Assembly: GCA_001179505.1 (NCBI GenBank)
Contig: CDMY01000708.1
Coordinates: 1-64,000 of the forward strand
Reading direction: 5' to 3'
Length of the DNA: 64,000 nt
Source: Vitrella brassicaformis CCMP3155
Taxonomy: Eukaryota; Protista; Chromerida
Part shown: positions 35,493 to 47,559 of the stretch, piece after piece
Layout: the number at the start of each line of letters is the position of its first letter
Numbering within the stretch: position 1 is the first letter of the stretch
The notes under the pieces: model-generated
Databases searched by the model: none
What the model was told of the DNA's origin: nothing
Seen by the model: the letters and a program-made list of their open reading frames with translations, nothing else
Translations under genes and position numbers: made by a program

Positions 35493-36523
35493 TCATTGCC
35501 TGACGGCTTCGAACAGCCGTGAGAAGTAGAAGTTGGTGGCCGTCATGTGGTCCCTCCTGACGGTGAAGCCCGCCTTGGCCAGTGCCGCCTTGACGCGGCC
35601 CTCCTCGTGCAGGTACGCCCGGGTGGTCTTGGAGGGGCCGGGGAAGAACTCGCCGACCTTCTTGAGCAGCGAATAGTACCTGTGAGGGAGGGATACGATA
35701 CGGGGGATGGATGGATGGACAGAGGGAGGGAAGGGATGTGTGGCTGACTGACCATGTGTCTGGCGCGAAGGAGATGATGAGCCTCCTGTCAGCCAGGGAG
35801 GCCAGCTTCATGACCATCTCCTCCATCTGGCGACACACACCACACACACACACACATCCAAGCAGACACCCTCCCTCCCTTCCTCCCTCCCTCTCCCCCC
35901 TCACCCACCTTCTCAGTAGGGTAGTGAATCATGACATCGATGCACATGACCGTGTCATAGCTCCCACCCAAGCTCTCCAGATCCTTCGTCTCAAACCGCC
36001 CTCTCCGATGGCCACCATTCACCAGCAAGCTCTTGGCGCGTGCCTCGGCCTCCTCGACCATAGCGGCTGATATGTCGGTCGCATACACACTCGCCCCCCT
36101 CTCCAAAAGTGGAAGGCTGAGCGAGCCCACCCCACAGCCGGCGTCACACACTGACTCGGTGAGAGGTTTGCCCGCCCTGTCCTGGTCGAGCCACTGCAGC
36201 ACCCTGTCGACGGTCTGCTGGTGGCCCTCTCGGATGTCCAGCTGCACCTTGTTGACCTCTGTGCTCTCGCTGTAGATCTTGTTCCACCTGTCGAAGCCGA
36301 CCGTGTTGAAGTACTCGGCAACCTCGGCCTTGTCGTCCTTGGTCTGCTGCTCGATAAGGGTGGGCGTCTGCATCCGCAGCAGCATGTTGGACGACGGCCG
36401 CCTGTTCTGGGCAGGGGTGCGCAGACGGCTGAGAGAGGCTGGGCGGAGGGAGGGGAGGGATGAGGGGCGGAAGGCGCTTGCCGCACCGATGAGGAGGGAC
36501 AGAATGGGGAACGTTGATCTCAT
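35493..36523 (-). CDS. chlM: Mg-protoporphyrin IX methyltransferase, plastid-targeted
   Basis: Bipartite leader MRSTFPILSLLIGAASA-FRPSSLPSLR; DDKAEVAEYFNTVGFDRWNKIY, VNKVQLDIREGHQQTVD, VCDAGCGVGSL, DTVMCIDVMIHYP, LIISFAPDTW|YYSLLKKVGEFFPGPSKTTRAYLH, TNFYFSRLFEA. Confidence 0.97.
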
Positions 36524-36619
36524 CGCCGTCCTTTCCCTGCAGCTTGATACGACTCAATTGACGTGAGATGAGCGGTTCTGAAGCACCTTAAGCAGCAGAT
36601 CTATTCATCCCCTCAAGCT

Positions 36620-36641
36620 GAGCTCGCAACATGAGCTCGCA
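36620..36641 (+). promoter_or_regulatory. Two tandem GAGCTCGCA elements plus repeated AGATCT in the chlM divergent promoter
   Basis: GAGCTCGCA at 36620-36628 and 36633-36641; AGATCTATTCAT occurs twice (about 36597 and 36714). Confidence 0.5.
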
Positions 36642-36762
36642 CTTCTCCTCCACGAAGGCGACGTTTTTGCGAAAGGAGGGCTTCACGAGGACTGCCTTCT
36701 TCGCCAAGTGACAGATCTATTCATTAATTTGCCAAGAAGCGCCTCCAGATCTACCTCGTGGG

Positions 36763-38819
36763 ATGCAGCAGCTCCGTCACGTCACGCGTCACATGCGCAC
36801 CAGCAGGAGCAGCACCGGCAGGCGCGCGATGCCCCAGCTGATGCACCGGTCCACGGCCATCCCTGTGCATAGGGTGAGGTCGAGGTGCATGAGCACAGCC
36901 GCTGTGCATCAGGCGGCAGAGAGGGCTGCGGGCGCATCGTCAACTGAGGGCGGGAAGGATCCCGAGAAGGACCCCGATGCTACTGCAAAGGTACGGCCCG
37001 AGATGAGATCAGGTCACCCACATGACCTTGATGTGTGTTTGTGTGTGTGGTCAGGCCGCCCCTGCCACCCCTCCCCCCTCCACACCCGCCACTGGGGCTT
37101 CCTCCAGCAGCGGGGCCTCGGCCTCTCCCACTTCCCCTCCCACACCGGCAGCCGGCTCGGCGTCGTCAGAGAGTTCCTCCGCCCAGCCACAGGGAGGCAA
37201 GAAGAAGCACTGGGGTCCGTTCAAGTGGCTCATGGCCATCGGTGGCGCGGCGGCGGCAGCAACATTTGCATACTTCTTGCATAAAGCCAGTGAGAGAGGA
37301 TTGATGAGTCGTTGACCGGATGGGCGGAGGGGATGTGTCTGGCTGGTTGTCTGTGTGTGTGTATGTGTCAGACTACAACGTTGCTTTGGCTGAGCTGCTG
37401 TTTATGCAGTGGATAAAGGACACGTTCGATCCGCCACGGATACCGCAAAACGTGACCAATGCCAAGTTCCAGGTCAGGCGGATCCACGCACATACACACC
37501 GCACACGCACAGCGGTCCATTTGTGCTCTGTGTGTGAGTGTGTGTGTGTGTGTGTGTCTGCCATAGGTGGCCCTTCACCCCGACCTCCAACACGAGCTGG
37601 GCACCTACTTCCTGCAGCTGGACCTCGATAAGGGTACGTCCACACACGCTCTACACAAGCGCCTGTTGGCCAATGCCTGCAGAGAACGGTGTCCGGCGGA
37701 CCGACGCGCTCGCACTGGTCGAGAAGGTAAGAAATATGGACAGAGAAAGAGAGAGAGAATGGCGGCCAATGAAGCAATGCATGGAGGTGCGATGGACATG
37801 TACCTTACTTATGTCAGTTGGGCTTCCCGTCTGCGAAGGAGTATGACGAGACGGTCGACACCTGGCTGCGGAGGGGGCGGAAGCAGGAAAGCGTAAGGAA
37901 TTCCGCACACAAACAGACGCTATGAGGGAAGGAGGGAGGGAGGGACATGTATGTCTATCTGTCGGTCTGCCGGTCGTTGGTTTGTGCCTTCAGGACAAGA
38001 AGAAGCTGATGGGCTGCTGCCTGCAGGAGGTGGCGGAGCTGGTCGAGAGCCTCATACTGCTGGAAGAGAAAAGCGCAACCAACCAGGGAATCGACAGCGG
38101 CGCTTCTTCATTTGCCGCTCAGCAGCTGGACTCAGGGACCGCCCCATCCCATCAGGATGCCACCACAGCGAGCAGCAGCAGCGCCGGTGCCGCGGCTGCT
38201 CCGACGCCCATGTCGTCCTCCCAGCAGCGCGTGTACGAGCGGCTCAAGGAGCTCAACCCCACTCCTACACCCTCACTCTTACCCCCATTCATCGCACGAC
38301 CCAAATACCACCCGTAAGCAAGAGGGACAGATACACAGACACACAGACACACGGAGGCCGTTGGTCGGTTGGTCTACTGGTCCATGAATCAGGCGTCCCG
38401 TGATGGGGTCGCCGCCGCACCGTGAGGAGGAAGAGAAGACGCAAGACGTACGCCAGCCACACCACCCACCCGGCCACTGGGTGTGTGCACGACAGCCATG
38501 GTGACGTGTGTGGGGGGGGCGTGTGTTGCTTGCTGCAGGCCGAGGAGCTGGACATGTATGAGTTGGAGCTGGCGCAGCTCAAACGACTCGAAGCCGAAAT
38601 CATCCAGAGGAAAACAAGGTAGGTCAGCCGGCAATCAGACACCACACACCAGAGAGGCGGGAGATATGTTCTTTCTTGTCTTCTTTAAGGCGTGGTTTGA
38701 GTGAGGTGGAGTCGGCGCGTCTGGGTGACATCCGAGCTGACATTGCTGAGACGCAGCGTCGGATACGGACACTCAAGAACAAAGGCACGCTCTTCGGATG
38801 GGGCATCGGCAAGTACTGA
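36763..38819 (+). CDS. Probable mitochondrion-targeted single-pass membrane protein with C-terminal coiled coil (hypothetical)
   Basis: Arg/Ser/Thr-rich presequence (...RVRSRCMSTAAV); TM KWLMAIGGAAAAATFAYFL; exons DYNVALAELLF..., ALHPDLQHELGTYFLQLD..., AEELDMYELELAQLKRLE..., ...RRIRTLKNKGTLFGWGIGKY*. Confidence 0.7.
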
Positions 38820-39371
38820 ATTGATTAACGGAGAGGCAGCACGAATGTCCAGCAGTTAGTGTGCTTTGATGTTTCCGTGGACGGCCGAGTGCAGTGCAGT
38901 GCACTCCTCTGTGTGCTTGGTGTCCATGACATGCGCCAGCTGACACGAACAGACAAGACAGCTTGAGTAACGACAGACCGACCACATCAGTTCTGTGCAT
39001 GGTTCAGTCTGTCGGTGCTGTTGTGTCTGACGCGTGGTGGACGTGTGACGGGATCTCCTGGCGTGTGGGATGCCGTCTCACGTCTACTGCATCGCGTCAT
39101 GCGGGACAACAGACAGACAGACAGACAGGCAGACAGAAGGGGGCTGGTTGAGATCTGAGGGATCAATCAATGTGTTGGACGCTCTCTGTGGAGGGGTGGA
39201 GGGATGGAAGTATTGAACTCGTACACACCGAGAGCATGTACTGTCTGTACATCACTTAGTCACTGCATTCATGTCTCTCACTCAAACACTACCTACGCAT
39301 CTCGTCGGCCATTCTTATCGACAGCTACCGCACTGAGCTCCTTCATGACAATCAGTCCATCCATCCATCCA

Positions 39372-40578
39372 TCAGACGATTTGTCGGTTGGCGTCCAGCT
39401 GGGCGAGCACCTTGGACAGGTGGTGCATGGGCAGGCCCATGACGTTGAAGTAGCACCCCTCTATCGACTCCACAAACATGCCACCCTGACAACAACACGC
39501 AATACACACACACACACACACACACGACACCAGCCACACAACACACATAAAGACCCTCACGCACACGCGGTTATGTGGGCTACCAGTCCCTGTATGCCGT
39601 ATCCGCCGGCCTTGTCCATTGGCTCCCCGCTCGCCACGTAAGAATCGATCTCACTCCGACTCAGCGGCGCAAACTTCACCTGCACAAATAAGAGAGGGGA
39701 ACCCAATTCCAATCCACACCGCTCGTGTGTTCTTCGCCTACGTGAGCACCTTTGTGGATTCAACGAAATGTGCAACAGGCTCAGCGGGCCCGGCTCGCCT
39801 CGTGAAAATCGCCACCCCGGTGTGCACAGCGTGGCACCGCCCACTCATCCGCGACAGCATCGACACCGCATCGTCATGATTTGCGGGCTTCTCGAGAATC
39901 ACGCCGTCGAGGTCGACAATGGTGTCTGCACCGATGACCACATCAGCGGCAGGAGGGCATGTCGATGACTCGTCATCACCGCCCGCTCCCAGGGCGCCGC
40001 GGGCCACCTCGGCGGCCTTATGAGCCGCATTGGCCGCTGCATAGCTTTGTGGCGACGAGAAGGCGCCGTGGTCGAGGTCCTCAGCGAATGTTGAGGGGTA
40101 CACGGTGACGTCCAGACCCATCAAACCGCAGATCTCTCTGCACACAGAGAGGGAAACAAGCACAGCACATGCATGGACGGAGAGCGCACGGGACGCGTGT
40201 GTAGGTAGGTACTTTCTTCTGGGGCTCTTGCTGGCGAGGATGACGCGCAGGCAGTCGCCAGCAGATGGGTAAAAGCAAGAGCCCAAGATGCTGGTGGAGG
40301 TCGCGGAGAGAGAGCTGCTGCGGGACTCCCTGCACGCACAACGCACAGCACATCATTCATGATGCAGCCAGTGCGCCAGCCAGATGCCTGTATCTTCTCT
40401 CACACCCGTTCGTTTTGTCCATCGTCGAGGCGCTGAAGAACTGTCTTCTTCTCAGCGACAGCCTGAGGGTGCTGCTGCTGCTGCTGAAGGCCTCGCAGCG
40501 CAGTGCCAGGCAGCTGAGCGCCAAGAGGTTCAGCAGAGCGGCTGATGGTGAGACTGACGCACCATGACCAAAACGCAT
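39372..40578 (-). CDS. Maf-family nucleoside triphosphate pyrophosphatase with predicted bipartite (plastid) leader
   Basis: [82 protein letters not shown]. Leader ...[28 protein letters not shown]. Confidence 0.92.
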
Positions 40579-40667
40579 CAGCTCTTCATGCCCTTCTTGA
40601 GATGCGCTGTGGATGCACCACTCACCGCGCCGCCTGCCGCAGATCCACCTCGCGACTCAGAATCCGC

Positions 40668-40676
40668 TGCGAGCTT
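40668..40676 (-). promoter_or_regulatory. Candidate promoter element (TGCGAGCTT = reverse AAGCTCGCA) in the Maf divergent spacer
   Basis: Exact reverse-complement 9-mer between ATGs 40578(-) and 40838(+). Confidence 0.45.
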
Positions 40677-40837
40677 GCTAGTAGCGGCACGTCACCCCTC
40701 TCGTGTTTTTGAGCTTCCCGGAAGCTCTGTTCGACACACTGTTACTGCTTCGGTCAGTTCTTCGCCCAGGAACTCGCCCCTACCGCTGTTTCTTCCGAGC
40801 CCCATTTGAGAGTCACTGACAGCGTCTGGCGAGTCCC

Positions 40838-41125
40838 ATGGCGGAGGAAGACAGCGGGCCCCGCCGTCGGCGTCGTCGCAACGAGGAGGACCTGGACAAC
40901 CCTCTGTGGGCCATGACCAAGACGGCCGTCAAGGGGACGGTGGACACGGCAGCCTTCATCGGCAAGGGGTTCATGACTGTGGCGCGCGGCATCGGGTATG
41001 CGGTGCAGGAGGCGGCCTACCCTGTCAAGGAGTGCATCGTGACGAGCTACGACCGGGCGGACAGACACGTCAACCCCTACAAGGCCAGAGGACCTCAGGC
41101 ACCCGTGCCGCAGTTCGAGTACTGA
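40838..41125 (+). CDS. Small intronless hypothetical protein (95 aa)
   Basis: ATG...TGA ORF with strong GC3 bias and no microsatellite content; head-to-head with Maf. Confidence 0.7.
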   Translation: MAEEDSGPRRRRRRNEEDLDNPLWAMTKTAVKGTVDTAAFIGKGFMTVARGIGYAVQEAAYPVKECIVTSYDRADRHVNPYKARGPQAPVPQFEY

Positions 41126-41626
41126 CGCTGAATGTGGGCTGGGGAATGGGCAGTGGGGAGGAGTCATGTGCTGTGCAGTGATGATAGTTGTTTCTCTTTT
41201 TCTCGTATTGTGGTCACGTGTGTGGGGTGGGAGTGGGGGGCTGTGCTGTGCTCGCCTTTGGTGGTGTGTTGATGTGGGTGGACAGGGGGGCGTGTACACA
41301 CTGCCAGCTTGGCTCTCTCGACCAACCAACCAACACTGTGTGACGTCTGTCTGTGCGGACATGACATTTGTCCGCGTTCAGCCAGCCAGACTCTCTTGCG
41401 GATCCACACGGAAGGCACGCATATCGCACACCACAACAGATAGACAGACAGATGTCATTCGTCTTCCTCTTCCTCCTCCTCCTCCAGCTGCGCACGAACC
41501 AGCTTAATCAACTTCACACACACACACACACACACACACAGGCACACAGACAAAGACACAGACACAGACAGACAGGCACTGATTGTGAGAGTGAGGATTG
41601 TGTGTGTGTGTGTGTGTGTGTCCAGG

Positions 41627-43238
41627 CTATGCTAAGGCCTTCCTTACCAGGAGGTTGAGGGAGAAGAGGAAGGTCGCCAGGCCCACTTGGATGAGCATGC
41701 TCTGACACACACAAGTACGCGCGTTGCAAGTTGCGCTGATGAATGGCCGACCTGACACGACCGACATCTGTGCGTCCCTCCCTCCCTCCCTCCCTGACTG
41801 CCTCACTCACCCACCCACGCCCCACCTGGTAGGACACAGACTTGAGGATCTTCATGCGGTCGCATGGCTCACACAAACCCTTCAGAAAAACAGACAGACA
41901 GACAGACAGACAAACAGATGGATGAGTGAGTGGATGGAACCAATCAGATCAGGTCAATCAACATGAGCCTCCCTCCCTCCCTCTCTCTCTGTCGGCCTTA
42001 CCTGTATCCTGGATTGGCATCTCCTGACAAGCGACAGCGAGACCAGTGGGCTAGTCAAGGCCTGAACCAGGGCTGCACAAACACACACACTCACATACAT
42101 ACACACATCAAGGCATACAGGGGGCGGGTGAGTGACGGAGTGAGTACCTGAGACGCAGCCCTTGAGCGATCCGATTTCATTCGGATCAAGGTGATAGCTC
42201 GACGCCACGCGCCGGAACAGACAGCCAGCCTGACACACACACACACACACACACACAAGCGAACCAAGACACTTACACACATGAGCCCGTGGCCTGTATG
42301 TCTGTGGGCTGGTTCCTTCCTTGCTGTGCTGCCTTCCTCTTTTTGGTCGTTGAGTCACTCACAAGGTCATCGCTGGCTGAGTTGGCGAGGTATGGCCCCA
42401 GGCCGGCAAAAAAGGCCATCCAGCCATCCTCGCGAAGTGTCAACGTCACACACTCCAGAAAGTCTGCACACACACACATATACATACCGATTGATTCGTT
42501 GCCCGACACTGACCCAGACGTACCCACCGAATGTGGTCAGCGGCCCCTCATAAGCGATGACCCGTGTGGTCGACACGAGCAGCGGGTAGCACACCACATC
42601 ACTCAAATACTTGACCGTCCACTGGGCCGAGTCGGCCGGCCACGCTCCGCTCGTCGCCTTGCCCGACGACGTAGGCGGCCTCTCCCTCGTTGCCAGCCGT
42701 CGCTCGGCCGCCGGTGCTGCTGCCAGTGGTGGGGCGGCGCCCTCAGCTACCCTGAGGGGCTGCTGCTGCTGGTCGCCAGATGGGCGGCCTGGGGGAAGGG
42801 GGAGAGGGAAACGAGGGAAGCCATGTGTGTGTGGGGTGTGTTGTGTTGTGATGGAACGACTCACTGACTGGCTCACCCCATGGCCACATATTGAGTATTG
42901 CCCTCCAGAGTCGTTGCAGGCGGTCGTGCAGCAGCCACTCGAGGGAATACCTCAAACCATCACTGACAAGGCAGGCACACACAGACACACAGACAGACAG
43001 AAAGGCAGACAGGGAGAGGCTGGGCGTGGGTGTGCGTGAGAGTGTGTCCATGGCGTACACTATGCACAGGTGGACAACGTGAAGATGGAAGCCTTTGTAC
43101 AGACCCGTTACACCCTCGTGACCATAGATCTGAATGAACCACACCAACCAACACACACACACCACACACCACCGGATGGCCCACCAGGCCCCTTGTCCCG
43201 TCTGTCTGTCTGTCTGTGTGTCTGTCTGTCTGTCTGTC

Positions 43239-43275
<37 letters not shown>

Positions 43276-43827
43276 ACGTGTTGTGTGTGAGTGTGTTGGT
43301 GCACCTACCCAGTTGAGCCCTCTGTATACACTGCGTATGAGATCGTTGGGCAGTGGCGGCTGCACCTGCGACAAAAAGTGCTTCTGCTGCACTCGCTGGA
43401 ACTTCTGAGTCAACGCACGATAGTTCATCTGAATGAACAACCACCATACCATACCACACCACCCACGACAGACAGGCAAGTGGCCACATCTGATGTGTGC
43501 ATTGATTTGCGTGCATCTCCCTCCTTCAATGGCCTCCCTCCCTCCCTCAATGGCCTCCCTCCCGCCCGCCAGCCTCTCTCAATCCATGGCTGACCGCGGT
43601 GAGTGGGTATGAGACCACGTAGAAAGACGAGAGGCTCATCCTGAACTCGGCCTTGTGCGGGAGGCCGGCAGGCGCGCCTGATGCGGGAGGCCCGAGTGAC
43701 GATGGACCGCCATCGCCTGCACACACAACACATGCACGCACATTCCGCACACAGCACAGGCGACGGATAGAAGCGGGCGGCAGATCTACCCCTGCCCTGA
43801 CTGACCTGTGTGAGGCGTGATGTCCAT
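41627..43827 (-). CDS. Degenerate mitochondrial-carrier-fold protein (MTCH/SLC25A46/Ugo1-like candidate)
   Basis: Three carrier-like segments: SYPLTA|IQMNY...|IYGHEGVTGLYKGF; CYPLLVSTTRVIA...|LREDGWMAFFAGL; TSPLVSLSLVRRCQ. The canonical Px[DE]xx[KR] lacks the acidic residue each time. Ends ...NLLVRKALA*. Confidence 0.7.
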
Positions 43828-43913
43828 CGTTGCAGCTGTCGGTTGCTCGAACGGCGCACACAAAGGGGGAGGGGGAGAGGGAGAGGGAGTGTTTTCGTGA
43901 AAGCCGCAGCGTT

Positions 43914-43922
43914 TGCGAGCTT
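43914..43922 (-). promoter_or_regulatory. Candidate promoter element (reverse CTAAGCTCGCA) upstream of the carrier-fold gene
   Basis: TGCGAGCTTAG at 43914-43924, about 90 nt upstream of ATG 43827(-). Confidence 0.5.
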
Positions 43923-44394
43923 AGAGTGGCGGAGGAGCTGCGATGGTGACCTATTCCTGTGAAGGCCAGCGTCCTCTCCTGAGCGTTCACATGCCGCAGA
44001 TCTGCCGGGTCGCGCCAGCAAGATCTCAATCGCATTGCATGTGTTGCTTCTCGCCATCAATCGCCAGCAAGAAGCCAAATGGTTTGAGTGGTCCCATCTG
44101 TGTATGTCATGTCATGTGCACTGACAGATCCCGCCCATTCGTCATGCCATGACTGACTGCGGCCTGAGGCCGGTAGGCTTACTGACTGCCACACACACAC
44201 ACACACACGTCAATCAACCAAGCAAGCAGCCAACCGACCAACCAGCCAAGACCCAGCAGCAACCACCCAACCACCACAACCACATCAACAACAGCAAGTG
44301 TGCTGTACCAGGAAAAACACGCCATCCATTTCCCTCCCTCCCTCCCTCCCTCCCTCCCTCCACGCGCAACGCGACAATCCACCCCATCCCTCGC

Positions 44395-44877
44395 TCAGAG
44401 CACGCGAGGCTTCCTCATCATCGGAATGTCGTCCGCATCCGACCCGAGGCTCTCCTCGGGATCAACAATCTTGATCCGCCTGAACCACACAGCAACAAAC
44501 GAATCACATGCACCGATCTCGCCTGTCAGTCGGGTGGGTCGGGTCGGCAACTCTGCTTACTGAGGCGGCCTCTCGGGCAGGCCCATCTGCTGTCGTCGCA
44601 GCTTGTAGAGGAACTCTCTGTACGCCTCGGTCCTTGCGTACGCGCCGCTCGAGGCCGCCTCGGGCAGCCGCTCAACATATCCCCTGGCGAACTTCTCGTA
44701 GTTGTTGCTCTGGTAGTTGTCGAACCAGTCCGCAGACACATAGGAAAAGAAGACGCCGATCCCGAGGAGCGTGCTCATTATCCACATGGTCTGCTTCGGC
44801 GTGCGTGGAGCGCCGAGGAAGTTGGGGAAGAAGCGGTAGCTGGGACGCTCGGGATCAAACTTGCGCCACGAGTCCAT
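44395..44877 (-). CDS. Small single-TM hypothetical protein (2 exons)
   Basis: MDSWRKFDPERPSYRFFPNFLG...TM MWIMSTLLGIGVFFSYVSA...YREFLYKLRRQQMGLPERPPQ|RIKIVDPEE...RKPRVL*; phase-2 GT-AG intron. Confidence 0.75.
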
Positions 44878-44977
44878 CTTGGCGGCTGGGCGAAGCCGCC
44901 AGGAACTCAGGCGGTGGCAGTCTTCGGTGGTGGTGGTTAAGGGTAAGATTTGGCAGTCTTCTGGCACGCCAGACGAA

Positions 44978-44986
44978 AAGCTCGCA
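44978..44986 (+). promoter_or_regulatory. Candidate promoter element AAGCTCGCA in the 44877(-)/45143(+) divergent spacer
   Basis: Exact 9-mer. Confidence 0.45.
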
Positions 44987-45142
44987 AGAGAAGGTCGTGA
45001 GCTTGCACTTCTGAAATCGCTTTCCTCGAAGGATTCGCCTCTTCCTCTGTCGGCTTCTCTACGCAGCAAGAAATAGGGGGTGCCAATCTTCCGCCCTCGT
45101 AGACGTCTCGGCCCTGAGATCTTTCACCACCACTAGTCAGCG

Positions 45143-45603
45143 ATGTCGGTCCAAGAGCAGCCTCCCGCGGCCTCGGGCGAGACGCGCGGTCCGTCCACGA
45201 GTCCGACGAGCTCACCCCGCCACATGAACACCTTCGAGCGAATGCTGTCGGGCATCGCGGACGCGCTCACGTTCGCCGGCCACGTAGTTCTGCCTCCTAC
45301 ACCCAAGCACGCGTAAGCAGCGGCAGAGAGAGGCGGGAAGGGACGCAAAAAGGCTCAAACGACGCGCAGATGTGTCTTGTTCTTCTCGCCTGCAGGAAGG
45401 ACAAGAGCAAGAAGTATGTGCGTCCGCCTCGCCGGCTGCCTCCCGTGAGCACCAGCCTGGTGCTGGACGACGACGAGCCCTCCCCGCCCCCTGTGAGGGC
45501 CACCGACGCACGCACCGTGACGCGCACCGGCACCAAGGACGCCAAAACTGCCGCCCCGGCCATAGCAGACAGGAGGACCACTGCAGCCACGGATGTGCCG
45601 TAG
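45143..45603 (+). CDS. Small Pro/Thr-rich hypothetical protein (2 exons)
   Basis: MSVQEQPPAASGETRG...FERMLSGIADALTF...PKHA|KDKSKKYVRPP...TDVP*; GTAAGC...CTGCAG intron. Confidence 0.6.
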
Positions 45604-45629
45604 GAGGGATAGGGTGATGGGTGGGTGGG

Positions 45630-45929
45630 NNNNNNNNNNNNNNNNNNNNNNNNNNNNNNNNNNNNNNNNNNNNNNNNNNNNNNNNNNNNNNNNNNNNNNN
45701 NNNNNNNNNNNNNNNNNNNNNNNNNNNNNNNNNNNNNNNNNNNNNNNNNNNNNNNNNNNNNNNNNNNNNNNNNNNNNNNNNNNNNNNNNNNNNNNNNNNN
45801 NNNNNNNNNNNNNNNNNNNNNNNNNNNNNNNNNNNNNNNNNNNNNNNNNNNNNNNNNNNNNNNNNNNNNNNNNNNNNNNNNNNNNNNNNNNNNNNNNNNN
45901 NNNNNNNNNNNNNNNNNNNNNNNNNNNNN
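45630..45929. other. Assembly gap (300 N), probably spurious
   Basis: The identical 30-mer GTAGGAGGGATAGGGTGATGGGTGGGTGGG lies at 45600-45629 and 45930-45959. Confidence 0.95.
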
Positions 45930-47351
45930 GTAGGAGGGATAGGGTGATGGGTGGGTGGGTGGGGGTGGGGGTGGATAATTTGTTGACGGTCGGCCTTTTT
46001 TGGTTTATAGGATGGATGCTTAGCGATGCGGTGGCGGGTGGGAGGGAGGGAGGGGAGGGGGGTAGTGCTGGCATATCGCCTAGTGTGTATCAATCAATGT
46101 GTGTAACACGGGGGTTTTGGCTGCTCGCTGGTCCTTGATTGCTGTGCGTGGACGTATGGATGTGTGTGTGCGTCCGTCTGTCTGTGTGGATTGGATTGTT
46201 AGTGAGCGGCTCTGATGCCCCCTTCCACCCTCGCCCTCGCCCTCCCCTCCCCCGTGTTTGGTGCCCGTCCATCGAGAGATCAGATGGACAGGGGCGGGAG
46301 GGAGTGCGGGGGTGGAAGAAAGGAAGGCGGACGATCGCATGATGATGACGATGATGGCGATGATGGTGATGATGGCATTTTTTGTGTTCATTTTGTTTCC
46401 TTGTGCGCCCCCACTGCTTGTAAATGACGACTGACTGCTCCTGCTCTCTGAAACAGAGGGCGGGACATGTTGATATGTAGCCGTAGCGATGACACGCAAC
46501 GGGACGGAACGGACGACGGGTCCTGGGCCGATCCGTCGACATGCCGATGAGGAGCACTCTCTGTTCTTTTTCTTACCTTTTTCCTTTGTCCTTTCAGTCT
46601 GCCTGCCTGTTTCCTGTCTGCCGATCACAGGGTGCCTGTTTCGCTGTGGTTTCATGTCGACTACCTCTTCGTGTCGGCTGGACGGGACGTGTCGTGACAC
46701 TGCCCTGTCCTCCCGACACGCAGACAAGGCTGACGTGGCCTCAGCTGGGCGGCACACTTGAGTTTGCGGCCAAGAGAAGAGAGTGGTGTGTTTCGCCGAG
46801 TCGATATGATCTTATGATCTTTTTGCTTGCCCGTCGGTGTGTCGTTGTGTGCCTCGCTCGCGTTGTGGTGGGCGGGATGATTTGGGTGCTTGGTCATCAG
46901 CAATCGAGCACTTATTTCATGTCGTCGTCCTCTTCGGAAGCGAGCACACTCCCGGTCGTTTCATGAGACTGACCCTCTTGGTGCACATCAACGGGATTTC
47001 GATGTGAAGCAACAAAGGCCATGTGAAATGCGATGTGCTCACAACATCACTCAGATGCACACAGACGCACACACAGAGACAGTTACTTGTCACTTGTGTC
47101 ACTTTTCACGGCGGATCTCCCACTTCGCCATGAGCCCATGCCTCTGCCCCCCTCCTCGCCTTCCCGCAACGGCGCCGCAGATCCATTTCCATCACTTTCC
47201 ACTTCGTGACCGCGCGATCGTCTCGCGCCAAGGGTCTGAGATCTTTCGCAGCGAATTCGCCTCTTTCGCTTGTTCGAGCGAAAGAGCCTCTCTCTAGCAT
47301 AGCCCACGTGCCTACAGCCTCTCCCTGCTCCTCCTGTGATCCGCCAGCGCC

Positions 47352-47527
47352 ATGAAGATCAACGACGAAAGCACACCGAAGAGAAACACCCGCGAATTTG
47401 TCGACGCCGTCACAGGCAACGACAGGGAAAGCAAGCAGATCCTCAATGTCCTCAAGGTTGGCAGGGCAACCACACGCACACACACGGCGGGACGTCACAA
47501 GGACGCTCGCGCATGAGTGAGGGGCGG

Positions 47528-47559
<32 letters not shown>

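Noticed and set aside
45600-45959. 30-nt direct repeat flanking a 300-N gap (looked like a target-site duplication or insertion)
   Set aside because: Identical sequence on both sides of a fixed-size gap is the usual signature of overlapping contig ends, not a mobile element.
46080-47300. ORFs of 135-225 aa and a (GAT)n tract near 46339-46375
   Set aside because: No motif or consistent splice pattern; could be UTR or a weak gene but cannot be supported.
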